DNA of 56,235 nt, the filler included, from Sphacelaria rigidula (lineage: Eukaryota), in the NCBI GenBank assembly GCA_964200075.2. It is 6 parts of 6 records of this genome, joined end to end, with 100 filler letters (N's around TTAATTAATTAA, not from the genome) between each part and the next. Parts side by side here need not be neighbours in the genome. Positions count along the whole stretch, not along the records: positions 18,781 to 28,069 come from CAXNAA020008833.1; positions 28,170 to 37,458 come from CAXNAA020008834.1; 4 more parts are not named here. One strand, given 5' to 3'. Numbering within the stretch: the first letter of the stretch is position 1; every line of letters begins with the position of its first letter. The position numbers were made by a program, and so were the translations under genes. This document shows, one piece after another, positions 23,695-36,500 of the stretch. Below the pieces are notes generated by a model, which made no database searches, was not told where the DNA came from, and saw only the letters and a list, made by a program, of their open reading frames with translations.

Positions 23695-25916
23695 TTGTCC
23701 TTCGTGCTTCTCTTACAACGAGACCTGCTGCCTGCAACTTTTGCAGTGGCTGTTGCCTGGTCTGTCTGTTTCAAGGCGAATAGAGGGAAGAAGCACAAGG
23801 ACATGCACCAAGCGTGTGTCGTTACACAGTAAAATACGGCAAAAAAGAGTACAACGAAAGAAAACCGCGGGCCAGAAAGCAACTGCTGTACTGCGAAGGA
23901 GAAACATTTGTGTGCCATCCATTTTTTTCGTCCCTTGTGCCTCCAACGGACCTGTGTGATATGCCGCTCCTGCAATGTTCATGTTCATCCGTGGAAAGCT
24001 TCGGCTTCATGATGAATGCATCATTATGTACGGCTCTGGGCCGCGAGAGGGAACCAGAGCACGTGCAATTACCAAACCCTAGACACACACACGGAGAACG
24101 AGACCCAACTTTTTTTTGCTCGCCATAGTCTTTTTTCCAGGTGTCGTGGTGAAAATGGAGGTGGTACTTCACCGTACTACCATCGCTTGCATACCATGCC
24201 AACAGGGGGAATTGAGATTGGATGCACGAAATTATATTGGGAACATGTCAGAATCGTGCACTTCGAAGATCCGGGGAAAAATACTCGCTTGCTTTCATAA
24301 CGTTGTTTCATGCTCGCTTAAACAAGGGGCTCTATTTCACGTGTAGAATACGGAACAACGAGTCTGCATTGCTTGCATTCCAGGGTGCTTCCAACCTTTG
24401 CCCCGTCAGCCGCAGTGAACAATCAAAGCTGAACAGGTACTACCAGTGTGGCAGCAGCTGACATGATGCTCGTGCCTATCGCTCAGAATGAATATTTCAC
24501 TTCACAGTCGCACATTTCCAAACCTCGTGCGTGTTGTTGTTTCATTAATTTTGAAAAAAAAAGACGTTCAACAACCAAGAAAAATAAGGAGGACTGCCGG
24601 GACCACCAACTTTAATCGATGTGACCGGGAGTTTACGGTGCAGACCAAGCCTGCGATACGCAAGAAGCAGCCTATACATGAGTTGAGCCACATTATAGTC
24701 GCGTTCACCGCCTTCTTGCATGAGCATATGCAAGATTGATGTTCCCTAAACCACCGACCTACTGGGAGAGACAAGGCACTAGTTGTCGACATACATCATG
24801 CACCCCCAACTCCGTGCCTACCGCCGTGTTACTTGCTCACGTCTGGCGATGCCAGAGCAAACTGCTGATGCAACATCCAATAACCCTATTATCATCATGC
24901 ATCACTTATACACACATCATATATCGCTCACCTCCGGCCGCACCGCTGTTATCTCGTGCTATAACCCTTGGCGAGGGATAGTCCGCGACACAGAAAGATT
25001 GTACTCCTACAACCTGCTTGGTTTTGGTGACTGGTGACTGTGGCCACTTCGTCTGGGAAAAGGTATAGATCCATGATTTCTGCTTCGGAAATGCGGGGGG
25101 GTGCTCTCAATAAACGGGGTACGTGCCTACAGCATAACTCATGTGTGTGCGCCAGGAGGTACACTGAACCACTCCGTTTGTAAGACTCTGTGAGGATTTG
25201 AGGATGCCTCGTTTCGAGGATGTTGCGGCGCAGGTTCCTCTCTGCACCTTCTGCGTGACAACTCTCTGTATCGGATTGCAGGTGGGTGGAGGCTCCAGTT
25301 CTGAAAGCTATGAGATGGATTAATTCGCCTGTGCCGTATTTTTCGTAGAGAGATTTCTGCAGATGACGGTGTTCGTTCCTGACTTCAACTGGATCATAAT
25401 ACGAGTATCGAAATATGTACGCTCTACTCGACGTACGGCAGTCAACAGCATATCGATATTTGTCTTGAACTACGAAGTCCTACATTACAGGTGATAGTTT
25501 GGATAGCATTGCAGTGCAATTGGTACAATAGTGTAGGAGCGTTTGTGTTCTGTATAGATGGTATATTACTTCTGGAAATAGCATAAGTCAGGATCATCAG
25601 GAGCCTATTCGTTGAGAGCGCAACTGATACAGACAACAGCGCCAGGAAACAGGTATGCCATGGATTCCGCAACCTGTCAAAAACATGGACACATATTGAT
25701 AGCGGACAAATGCATGCGATGGTGGCCAACAGTTACAACTGTATCTGTCTACAGAACAGTATGACAAAAACGTCCAACTTTTAGTCGGGTCCTCTGCGAC
25801 AGTGCACTATACCCAGGTCCCCTGAAAAACCGCGGTAGATTATGAAGGTTCCCTTTATGAATCCAACACAGCAAATTAAAGCGAACCCGGTGCCCCAAAT
25901 TCATGGTTGGAGATGT

Positions 25917-26015
25917 GATTGATTGATTGATTGATTGATTATCTCACATTACCGTGTTTGCAGCAATCCAGCCCGTGGTCAGGAGCAGCACAAAAGAACA
26001 TGATGAGAAAAAGGT
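25917..26015 (-). mobile_element. 3' tail of a non-LTR retroposon ending in (AATC)n
   Basis: Minus strand reads ...ACCACGGGCTGGATTGCTGCAAACACGGTAATGTGAGATAATCAATCAATCAATC; microsatellite tails are typical of RTE-type LINEs/SINEs. Confidence 0.5.
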
Positions 26016-26059
26016 AAGAAAGTAAGAAACAGAAAGGGAGCAACGACAACAACAAAGAT

Positions 26060-26062
26060 ACC

Positions 26063-26114
<52 letters not shown>

Positions 26115-26134
26115 GCAGCAGCAGCAGCAGCAGC
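26060..26134. repeat. Compound microsatellite (CAC)n(AAC)n(AGC)n
   Basis: Seen directly. Confidence 0.95.
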
Positions 26135-28069
26135 AAATAATATGTGTTAGTTTCGACCATCATAATTAGATTTGGCAGAGCGAGACATCGAATTTCGACA
26201 AAAACGCGTTGCGCACGCGAGGATGGAACACAGGCCCATTAAAGATACAGATTATGTTACGTATGCACACTAAAATCGACTCGAAGTGATCATCAACCAT
26301 AGCACCCTCCCAAGTAGTGAGGGCCCAGTCCCAAGGGCTCGCCCAGGGTGCCCACGCTGCCCAGCACGTGCTTGGGCTCGAACCATCGCAAAAAATACTA
26401 GTCGAACAATAATTAACCTTTTCACGACGAGAGTAGGTCATATAACCGGCATAAATTTCACACAAAAAGAGTATGCCTGATCCAGATGGACTCCGCGCAA
26501 CCCGGTCTAAGCGTTAACTGTGGACGCCGATCTTTCTTCCCAATGATCTGGATGTTTACTCAGCGCAGACATATAAATTCATCCAAAGGTCCAGTCACAC
26601 ACACAACTAGATCATAATGGTATTTTGAGTCAAGAAATCGAGTATATTTTCAACCATAGAGTTTCGGCATCCAACGGGCACCTAACTCGCGTTCACTCTA
26701 CCGACTTCACTCCATGGTCAGCACTGTATTGTACTATTCAATCCTGACTCGCCAACCGTATGCTCGATCCACGGTCCTGGCTTGTATGCGAAGACGCCGT
26801 CGAATCAGTCAGCCTCCTCAGTAGACGTTACTTCCCCCTCTCTGCCGACATCTGCAGGGCCTCGTTACAATGTCCCAAACTACCCTTGAGTTCTATGCAA
26901 CTGTTGTCTGCTTCTCAGCGTTATTGAAGTAAGTTTCTGCAAGGTACGCTGTACAGACAGTGCGATCATGAATCGTGCGTATGGAAGTCACGTTTTCCAC
27001 CTGTCGAAAGAAATCTGCTGCCGTATTGATTGTGTATTGCAAGAACAGTAATCAAGTCGTCTGACCACTGTCTTGTTGTTGCTGCATCCACGATGAGTTG
27101 GAGTGTGGGATCGGAGGAGGAACTGGTGTCTGAATGGTCGTGAGGTTTTATAATGGTCGCTCAGTTTACTCTGGGGTGGAACTGACGAGAGAGACTACAT
27201 CTCCATGTATTTGTTGTTTAGCAATATGTAATGTTTAGAAATTCACGAAACAACCAGGTAGCATAAGTTGCGGAGCAGAATTCTTCACTTTTGCTCCTGG
27301 ACACACCTGATTTTTGACGTCAAGGTTTCACTCGAGACTGCTTTTGACAAGTCCAGAGTATTGTTCTGCCCTTCCCTGTCTACTTGGGAGACAGTACATC
27401 GATAAAGCACATGTGGAGTAAACAACGAAATGGGCCCGAGCCTGTCAGATGTTCTACACACTTCATTTATCTCATGAACGGTTTCAGTTCGAAAATATTC
27501 TCATTTTCAACTGCTAGTGGCCGTAGTGGAGGGCCCCGAACCCGCCGCGGCCACAAATCCATACAGCCCCACACGCCGGTTCGCATTCTCGCCATTGCTT
27601 GTAGATACTGCGTCTGCACATTTCTTGGATCGACTCGAGAGTACAAACTACAACACAGTACGAGTATGACCAACGCAGAGCACTTTCACCTTGAATGATG
27701 TGCTTCGTTGACCTGTTTTCAGTGTCAATGTTCTCGGCGTCCGTTGACTGTTCTGCGCCTCAGGTTTACGTTTTTCTTTTCGGCACGGTCCTGGAACACT
27801 TCACTGTGGTGGCCGCCAATGTCATATACTTGGGGGAGGTGAGGGGTGCACACCCTGGACAATAGACATGGTAATGGTCTATTGCTGCACTAATAGCTAC
27901 GGTGATGATCATATTGATATCCATTGTGGAGAACAATGACTGCAACATATATTTGTCCATATCCATTGCTGGAAACAATGTACTGGGTGATGTTTTCATC
28001 GATATATATCTTTACTGGCAATGATGTGTGAAATATTACACCGATGGGCACTTGTCGGTAACGATAAAT

Positions 28070-28169
28070 NNNNNNNNNNNNNNNNNNNNNNNNNNNNNNN
28101 NNNNNNNNNNNNNTTAATTAATTAANNNNNNNNNNNNNNNNNNNNNNNNNNNNNNNNNNNNNNNNNNNN
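28070..28169. other. Artificial contig linker
   Basis: N44-TTAATTAATTAA-N44. Confidence 0.98.
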
Positions 28170-28961
28170 GTCGGCGTCCGAAGACGTCGACGGCCCCGCA
28201 TCATCGTCATCGCCACCGATCGCTGTCAAGTCCTCCATTCCGCCAACGCGTGTTCTCCCTGCTCTATCCTCCGCCCGCTTGCTGTCCGCCTGACTTTTGC
28301 CGTCGGCTAGCGAGTCGTCTCCGTTTCCGTCCGCCGGAGGCTTTGTCGCATGGTTGTCGCCGTCCCCCGCCGCATTTCCCCTCGGCTGGTCGGCCGCGAC
28401 TACGCTCACATCGACGCCGACGCTGCCGCCGCAGTGATCGGCTAGGCCTCTCGTCGGTGGGACGTTTGTTTCGGGTTCGCCACCGCCGGTGTCGCTGCCT
28501 ACCCAGTCTTCGCCACTGCTGCTTGATGGAGGCGTGGGTAACGAGTCATCGCCCTCATCGTCACGCATCTCCATTCCCGGGGGCGCGATAGGCGCGGCTT
28601 CACTGACGGCCCCGACCCCGGTGCCAACCTTTCGGCCGTCAAGACCGAGACGAGCCTTGATGGGAGGGCCGTTGCTTGCCCCGCCCCCACCGCCAGTCCC
28701 GGAGCCACTAGAGTCCCCTCCGCTGTTGCTAGGTGAAACGCCCGGCGCTGAGTCGTCGTGTGCATTTACACACGCAGCGCGGCCCTTCGTGCCTGTGCCA
28801 CAACCGCCCGTGCACCCGGCGGCGGAGCCGCCGCTGCCACTCCCGCTTGAAACGGAGCCCGCAGGGTCGTCCTTGGGGGTGTTGACTACGCAGTGGGGGG
28901 CGGCAGCGTCGTTGCTGTCGGTGTCGTCGTGGCTGACAGAGCTATCGATGGGCGAAAGCAT
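28170..28961 (-). CDS. Gly/Asp/Ser-rich low-complexity repeat protein, paralog A (3' truncated by contig end)
   Basis: Frame open from 29267 to the contig end. Probable ATG at 28961 aligns with ATG 32144 of paralog B. Indels between paralogs downstream of the ATG keep the frame. Confidence 0.6.
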
Positions 28962-31900
28962 GGTGTTGTCTCTGGGGTGCATGTACTGGTACCTGATGAT
29001 GTTGATGTTGTAGTGGGCAGAGAAGTGATGGAGAGGGGGCACGCACGAGAAGCGAGGGAACAATCGGTCTACGGGTTTTTCTCCGTTCTCCAACGGATAT
29101 GCGGTGTCCTCGTTTGGAGTACAAGTAGGCGTGTGAGATAGGATGGGAAGTAATGACAAGGAGGCGGTGATGGCAAACTCAGAACACGATACAGTGGGTC
29201 GAGAAGGTACGTGAACAATGGATCCTACGAAGCGGATACCTCTCGGGAGGCGTTTTGACGTTTTCACCAGCTCCTGCTTCCCGTGATCGGTTACCCTCCA
29301 TCAACAGGACTAAAAAATCTGACATGAGGCGAGACATCTGAGCACGTATGAATACCTACAGCCACATTGAGAGTAGGCAGTACGTACATACCATACTTCA
29401 CCACTAGCTCATCTGTGAGAAATGAAGAAACCGCCGTCAGGATACTATCTGAGATCACAGACACGAAGTCGAGCCACGCGGTGTCCTGTGAGTTGCAACT
29501 ACACTACAGACAGTTGTTGATCGCGGAGAATCTGGCGCACAGTGCAGTTGGTGGTGGGTGGTGATGCTCATTTTTTTTCCAGGCCAAGGTCCCCAAGATG
29601 CATATACACACCCGGTACACCCGCGCAGACTGTTATTGCTTCTACCACGGCTTTCTCCTGGGTATTTATCCGATTGTTCAGTAGAGAGCAGCCGTAACTC
29701 CAGTTGTGCCAGTCGAGTTCATTTGCAGAGCTACAGGACAAAGAATCATGGATGTTCCATCTTCGACGTCACTGCGGGGTACAGTAAAAAGCAGGCCAGC
29801 ACAACTGACCGCGTGCCGTGACATCAACTCACCTTTTGCATCGTGCATACACCGCCGTCGTATGCACCTAGCCGTCGTATGTACTCAGCTTACAGTTGCC
29901 TCGGTCTGGATAAGACCTACCGCCAGGCAGCGCGCCGGCGCGGGCGCCCGTATTCGTGGCGGGCAGCCCACATGCTTGACGCTGCAGCTCCGTTATGCAC
30001 ACACTGCCGCGTGCACTTGTGTATCATCATCTTGACTGAGCTTGTGCTAAGTTCCAATTCAGCGAGGAACGATTGTCCATTGTGGGATATGCATTGATCA
30101 TAGTAGAGTAAATTATCTCCTTATAGATGATCACTAGCTGTTGATACCACTCCCAGCCCCATAGGTGCTCTCTCCCTTGTCCGCGAGATATGGTGGGCTC
30201 CATGCCCAGAGGGTAGAAGGTAACCTCTACATTGAATTAAATTGAACGCACTGAATTAAATTACGGAAATAGTCAGTCATTTTCTTTTTTATACGAACAG
30301 CAAAAAATCTAAACAACTGTGATTTGGTGCTGATCATATGTGAACACATCTGTGTTGATGTATCAGGAGTTCAGCAACGATCGATAGCTTGATTGAAAAC
30401 CCTGAATATGAGCATCATATGTAATATATGTACTATTCCCCATCGCGACGTTATCTGTCATAATTTTTCTTCGGAAGATGGAGCGAATGCTGTCCGAAAT
30501 TCCGGTTGGTGGTGCATGGTGTCTTCCCCTGCAGCACATGTTTTCGGCTTCTTGTTTTGCTGGGTAATTAATTGGTACTGCTGGGACGCGCACACCGCCT
30601 TTCGGCGCTTAAGAAACACTCGTTATAGAAGAGCTTAATGTATCAGTATGTAGGTGATGTGCGGCAAAAACGGGTCGTCGCACATCGTAGCGCGACAGTT
30701 CGAGGGAATTTCCATCAACAGTATAAAAACAACTTCTCAACATGAAAGAACTGTGAAAAATAAAGGTTGGGCGAGTCAGCGCGGGGTTGGGGTTTAGTGG
30801 GTTTTGAACCCCCACGCTGCCTTGAGCAATGCCTGTGAACGCTCGAGGCGCCTACCCCACATGACTGCTATGAGGCAGTCTAGCAGAGCCTCAGGGTAGT
30901 CGGCACACAGACTCGCTTGCCGTGCAAGGTGACGTCAGGTTTCTCCTTCCACGAAAAAAACCCAGTAACGCCTCCATACAGACCATACGCTCTACCCCCG
31001 CGCATGGACTGTTGTAGCCGGCGGGCTACGGCTGCTCTATATTACACGGTCAAATCAATGCCGAAAGATAGGAGTGGTAGCAACAGCAATCTAGATGTGT
31101 ACATATACACCGTATGAAGATTTTGAGCCCAATAAAAGGTGAGCACCACGACCATCACCTATAATGATACGACAAAAGCCAGATTCTTGGCCAATGTAAT
31201 AAGTAGATGTTACGCACGAGTACCGGTTACCTGGCGACTCTGTTTGTGCGGCCTCAAGCGGCAACAGAACCGTTTTTTCCGTCTTTCGAAGATGATGTAT
31301 TATAGTGAATGCAGGGCACGGACGGCATATCTACTTCCTATGCGGTTGTAGGTATTCACGTATGCCCGGAGATTTCGCGTTATACCCGAATCTGCAGCCC
31401 TGATTATCGAACCCAGGGAGCAGGGTCGTTATTACCGGGCTTTCCCCCCTAACTTTTCGATATTTAAGCCAAAAAAACAAGAATGCTGAAAAAAAAATCA
31501 ACCCTTGAGTTTCCTAGTAATAAGTGGTCAGTCTGAACTTGTTTTATTGCTTGAACTGGTTGACAAATCTGCTCTCACATCGTTCGTGGAGAAAGTTTCT
31601 ATTCCCTGACGAAGTCGAAAACTTTTGAAAAACGTCACGACCCAAACCACAATCACATGAAGTGACCTCGACCATCTACTGCATTCGAACCCGGTAAAAC
31701 GCCTCCAGTAGAGGAATCTGCTTCGCATAATCCATTGGTGACGAACTTACACTACCTACTGCATCATTTTTGAACAATACCGTCACCGCCTCCTGAAAAC
31801 GGAACCAGTCGCCTCCTTCACTGGATCAGAAGTTGGTAAAACGCCTCTTCAGATTAATCCACTTCGTAAGACCTGTTGGTGACGTCCTTACTCTGCCTAC

Positions 31901-32143
31901 TGCATCCCTTTCTGAGTTTACCATCACCGCCTCCTTGTCATTACTCCCCATCCTATATCACACGCCCACTTGTACTCCAAACGAAGACACCGCATATCCG
32001 TTGGGGAAAAGAGAAAAATCCGTCGGGGAAAAGAGAAAAACCCGTGGACCGATCGTTCTCGCGCTTCTCGGGTGTGCCGCCCTCTCCGCCACTTCTCTGT
32101 CTACCACGAAATTATCAGGTACGTGCACCCCGGGGACAATACT

Positions 32144-33553
32144 ATGATCATATCTATCAGCAGCTTTGTCGGCCATGACGACACCGACAGCAACGACACT
32201 ACCGCCACCAACTGCGGCAGGGAATGCCACGCGCTCATCCCGTCGCCTACTTCGCCCGATCACGCCACCCCGGAGCCGCCTGTCGTCAGCACCCTCGAGA
32301 ACGACCCTGCGGGCTTCGTGTCAAGCGGGAGTGGCGGCGGCGGCTCCGCCGCCAGGGGCACGGGTGGTGGTGACACAGGTATGAACGGCCGTGCCGCGTG
32401 TGCAAACGCCGACGACGACTCAGCGCCAGGCGTTTCATCTTCCAACAGCGGAGGGGATTCTAGTGGCTCCGTGACTGGCGGCTGGAGCGAGGCAAGCAAC
32501 GGCCCTCCCATCAAGGCTCGTCTCAGTCTCGACGGCCGCAACGATGGCGCCGGGGCTACCAATGAAGCAGTCGATGAAGCGGCGCCGATCGCGTCCCCTA
32601 GAATGGAGGTATGTGACGACGAGGGTGATGTCTTGTTACCCATGCCTTCACCAAGCACCGCCGGCGAAGACTGGGTAGGCAGTGACACAGGCGGTGGAGG
32701 GGCACGAACCAACTCCCCGCCGACGAAAGGCCCAGCCATTCACAACGGCAGCAGCGCCGGCGACGCAAGCCACGACTTGGACAACACAGTAACACCGTCG
32801 GGAATCCCAGAGAGACAGACACGCGTGCCCAACAAGGGCAACGGGGAGGACGATGGATTGGGCAACCTTCCCAGTGGCACTGACGGCGGTGACTGTGTCG
32901 GTACAGAGACGGGCGGCGGCGAGGAAGGCAACAACTGGTGCTACAAGAAAGCGGCAGCGTCCAATGTAGGCCTAGTCGCAGCCGACCAGCCGAGGGGAAG
33001 TGCGGCGGGAGATCGCCACGACCTCGCGACAAAGTCTCCCGCGGGCGGAAACGGAGACAACTCTCCCGGCGGCGGCAAAGGCCACACGGACGGCAAGCCG
33101 CCCCTGGGCGGAAAGCCGGCCACCGACCACGACAGCAAGCGGGCGGAGGATAGAGCAGGGAGAACACGCGTTGGCGGAATGGAGGACTTGACAGCGATCG
33201 GTGGCGATGACGATGATGCGGGGCCGTCGACGTCTTCGGACGCCGACGATGAGGACGAATCGATGTGCGCACCCTTCGCCCGCAAGCTCCCGGACGGTGA
33301 TGATTCCGCGGGCGGCGTGTCCAGTGGGGGCGGCGGCGGTGGTTGCGCGGGCGGGGGCACGGGCGGCGGTGGCGCGGGCACTAACGGTTACATGTGGGGC
33401 AGCTACGATGATGAGATGCTTGCTCCCACTGCTGTGGCATGCACCGGGTGGATGTCGACCGCGCTGCACGTCGCGTTGTTGCAAGTTGTGGCGTCACGGA
33501 CGAATAGGGCGACGCTGGAGGCCGGTGCGAGACCGACGACGCTGTGTGGGTGA
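32144..33553 (+). CDS. Gly/Asp/Ser-rich low-complexity repeat protein, paralog B (~469 aa from ATG 32144)
   Basis: Open frame 31970-33553, collinear with paralog A; five degenerate ~30-aa DD..(S)S..G(G/E)..G..TGGG...(T/S/N)N units. The stop lies inside a GTGAGT donor-like site, so the gene may continue by splicing. Confidence 0.65.
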   Translation: MIISISSFVGHDDTDSNDTTATNCGRECHALIPSPTSPDHATPEPPVVSTLENDPAGFVSSGSGGGGSAARGTGGGDTGMNGRAACANADDDSAPGVSSSNSGGDSSGSVTGGWSEASNGPPIKARLSLDGRNDGAGATNEAVDEAAPIASPRMEVCDDEGDVLLPMPSPSTAGEDWVGSDTGGGGARTNSPPTKGPAIHNGSSAGDASHDLDNTVTPSGIPERQTRVPNKGNGEDDGLGNLPSGTDGGDCVGTETGGGEEGNNWCYKKAAASNVGLVAADQPRGSAAGDRHDLATKSPAGGNGDNSPGGGKGHTDGKPPLGGKPATDHDSKRAEDRAGRTRVGGMEDLTAIGGDDDDAGPSTSSDADDEDESMCAPFARKLPDGDDSAGGVSSGGGGGGCAGGGTGGGGAGTNGYMWGSYDDEMLAPTAVACTGWMSTALHVALLQVVASRTNRATLEAGARPTTLCG

Positions 33554-36500
33554 GTCATGGGTGCACCTCTTCGACGATGAAGCATGCGACGGTGCGGGGC
33601 ACGAGGGGTTTCGTGCTCATCTGGCAGCCGTAGTCGTGTCTAGTAGTGGGAGGGAGGAGGCAGGTTTGTTTCCGCCCTGTCAAGATGTGTGTTCGGGAAA
33701 TGTGCGCTTTGCTTCCCCGTCCCGATATTTGGCGCTGGGTTGTGCATGTGTGTCCGAGGCCAGCGCGTTAACAGAGATGGTGTATCCTCGTGTACGAGAT
33801 GCTTGAGTTTGAAATAACAAAAGACCGTGCTTTTGAACGTATTGAGTCTTGACCAGCAGAGTTACTGTTCGTGTCAGCCTGTGCACACGTTGTTCTACAA
33901 CTGCGTGTGTGTGGTGAGAGACGAGTGTTGTTTCAGGTTGCAAGCGAGACCGTTTGTCGAGCGGGGCTAGAATCTCTCATGTTATGGAGGGGAGCGCTTC
34001 AAGAAGCAGGCATACGCGCGCATGAGAAGCGGATCTGTGGCCTTGTCGAGTGAATGCGTGTGTGTTTCGTTTGTCTCCCTGTTACAGTAGTGTATAATGC
34101 ATCATTCCTGTGTGTGAGACTCCACGTGTGTTGTTTAATGTCAGGTAAGCTTTGTTGTTGTCGTATTAGAAGTGCTCAAAAACAAATAGTGCATGATGTG
34201 TCTGTTGTCTGTCGGCGGTGCTGCGGCTATGCACTACTATGTCAGCGCGAGTAAATGAGACACTTTCTCTTCCGTGAAGTTTGTTCCTTCCTCTCGTCCT
34301 TGAGAACAGAGGAGATGCTCAGCCGAGGGCTGTCTGTGGTGAGTTGTTTTCCGTTGTGTGGGTGTCACCCCCCGCTCTCCCGCAGACAACAATGTGTGCA
34401 TGGTCGTGCTGTAAGTAGTGTAGCACGTTGTTTTAGTGTCTGCTGTTGCTTTGTTCGTTGAAGATTCCGTTGTTGGCATGTTGCGTGGGTTGACGTGATA
34501 AATTGGAAAGTGACGTTTACTCCGTGTTGGTCGAGGACTGTTGGGTGTGAAGAAGTGTTTTTGTTGGTGCTGGTGCTGATGCTGTTTTTTGTTGGCTGTT
34601 GTTGTAAAGGGCCACTTGCCGCTACTCCCACTAGAAGTTTCCACTTGTAGTGCTGCTTCCACCGCTGTGTTTTCAGCGGGGTGTTTTCTTGCGGTGTATG
34701 CTGATTTACCGCTGCAACTGCTGGTTGGCCGTATAGTTTGCTGAGTCGGCCACACCGACTCATGTTTTTGAGCAAATGCGATTGTGTGTATGTGTTTTGC
34801 TGGGTATTTGCTGATAGTAGCTGACGGCTACTACTCGCCACTGTCGAAAGGCCGCTGTCTGGTTTTGTTGGCGTTTGTTTAATGGTTTTCACAGACAGGG
34901 TACTGACTAATGTGTGCACGTGTGCGTGTTTTGTGTGCATCCGACGTCTCCACGCACCCATCGATTTTTGTAGTCTCTTTTTTCGCTGGTGTTGGCGTTG
35001 ATGTTAGCGTTGATTTTGGTGTTGGTATCGGCGTTGGTGACAGGTGGGATCTCCGCGGGTCGTCCACGTCGCCATCCCTGAGTCGTGCGTACAAAAGCAG
35101 CAAAGCGGAAGTTGAAAGCACACAAGTGTGCCCGTGGCACATGTAGTGCTGCTGGGTATAGCTTGTTTGTGTTGTCACTGTTGGTGGTGTTGGGTGTTGG
35201 TGTTTCTGTGTCCGTGCGGTCCCCTTGTAGCGAGAAGATCGGATCTCCGGCAATGTGTTCTGGGTGTAACGTCGTCAGTTAATACCCGCACGTACTATGG
35301 AGAGTTCTCTTCCAATGTGCTGGGTTGACAGGTGCTCTTGATGTCATGTATTATTGATGTTGTGCATGTTACGGAGAAGGGCTTGTTTTCGTCTGTTATG
35401 TTGACAATGTTGGATTGAGACTTTTGCGTTTCGGTGTAAGAAACGATAGTTGAGACGTGAGTGGCCATTGGATCTTTGACAACATCACACTGAGGTTCAT
35501 GATCCGGGTGGTTTTTGTGTAGAATTCGATGTCGTAGTGAAGCATGCATCCGTGGGAGGTAAGGTATTCGAGATCACATTTTTGCGCCTTTTTTTATTTC
35601 GAATATCCTCGTGGGGCATTAGTACCAACGAACCGCGCGTAGCTGCTTTCGTCTCGCACAGGGACAATCAGTATGTTTTTGTGTACGCGGTGTGGGAACA
35701 CCGGTGTCTGATGAAGAAACATGTTCAAACAACAAACAACACTGGGACTGCTCTCTTGCGTCTCATTCCTCATCAGCCTGACTGCTTGGGTCATGACCAT
35801 GAAGGACAGCTCTCCACGCTGCTCCAGCGTCGCTCTTCGCGCGCTTGCATGAAGTTGGTCACGTGTGTTGCATCATTCGGCGGTTCGGTACGTAGCCGAT
35901 CACACACACGCAAGCAACGGATAACATCCAGCAGATCCCATTGATTGATTGTCGCACATCGTCTGATCCTCGAGGGTCCCGGCCGTGGTGGCTAGATAGG
36001 CGAGCGAACCCGATAGCAGAGCAAACAGAGTGTCTATGGCTGTGACGCGTTCTCCTGAATATTCTCCCCACCCCCTCCCCTTCGGTTTACTCGACTCTGT
36101 ATCATCATGTTGAATCCACTGTACAGCCTGAATGAGGTCATGTCTACAAACCTGACGTGTCTATGCTTCCTCTGTCCCACAAGTAAAGGTCCTTATGGGG
36201 GGCAGATCATATCTCGCCGATAGGGTTGCCTGCGATGCTACAGTGAGGTTTGCTGGAAAGCTATTGATACAGTGATACTCATTGAAAAAAAATCCGACTC
36301 GGACATACTGAGAAGCAATGGGTCGAAAAGTGGGAAATTAAGCGGGTTTGGGGGAATTTTCCGAGATTTTTTTCGAGAGTTAATGTTATTTACTATTCAC
36401 GACGTGTGGAGGCCCACCGCATCTCACAACCACGATGGATAACCCCCCCCCCAAACATAAACGAGGCGCCGAAGTATCGGTGGGCCGCCATTACGCCATG

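Noticed and set aside
23190..23975. 261-aa overlapping minus-strand ORF
   Set aside because: Alternative frame of the GC-rich ankyrin CDS with no protein-like features.
25939..26163. Poly-Leu/Val 'membrane protein' ORF
   Set aside because: Translation of a trinucleotide microsatellite.
32260..33381. Pro/Ser-rich minus-strand ORFs
   Set aside because: Broken by stops; the opposite frame is the one kept open in both paralogs.
34237..35253. Thr/Gln/His-rich minus-strand ORFs
   Set aside because: By-product of G/T-rich low-complexity UTR-like sequence.
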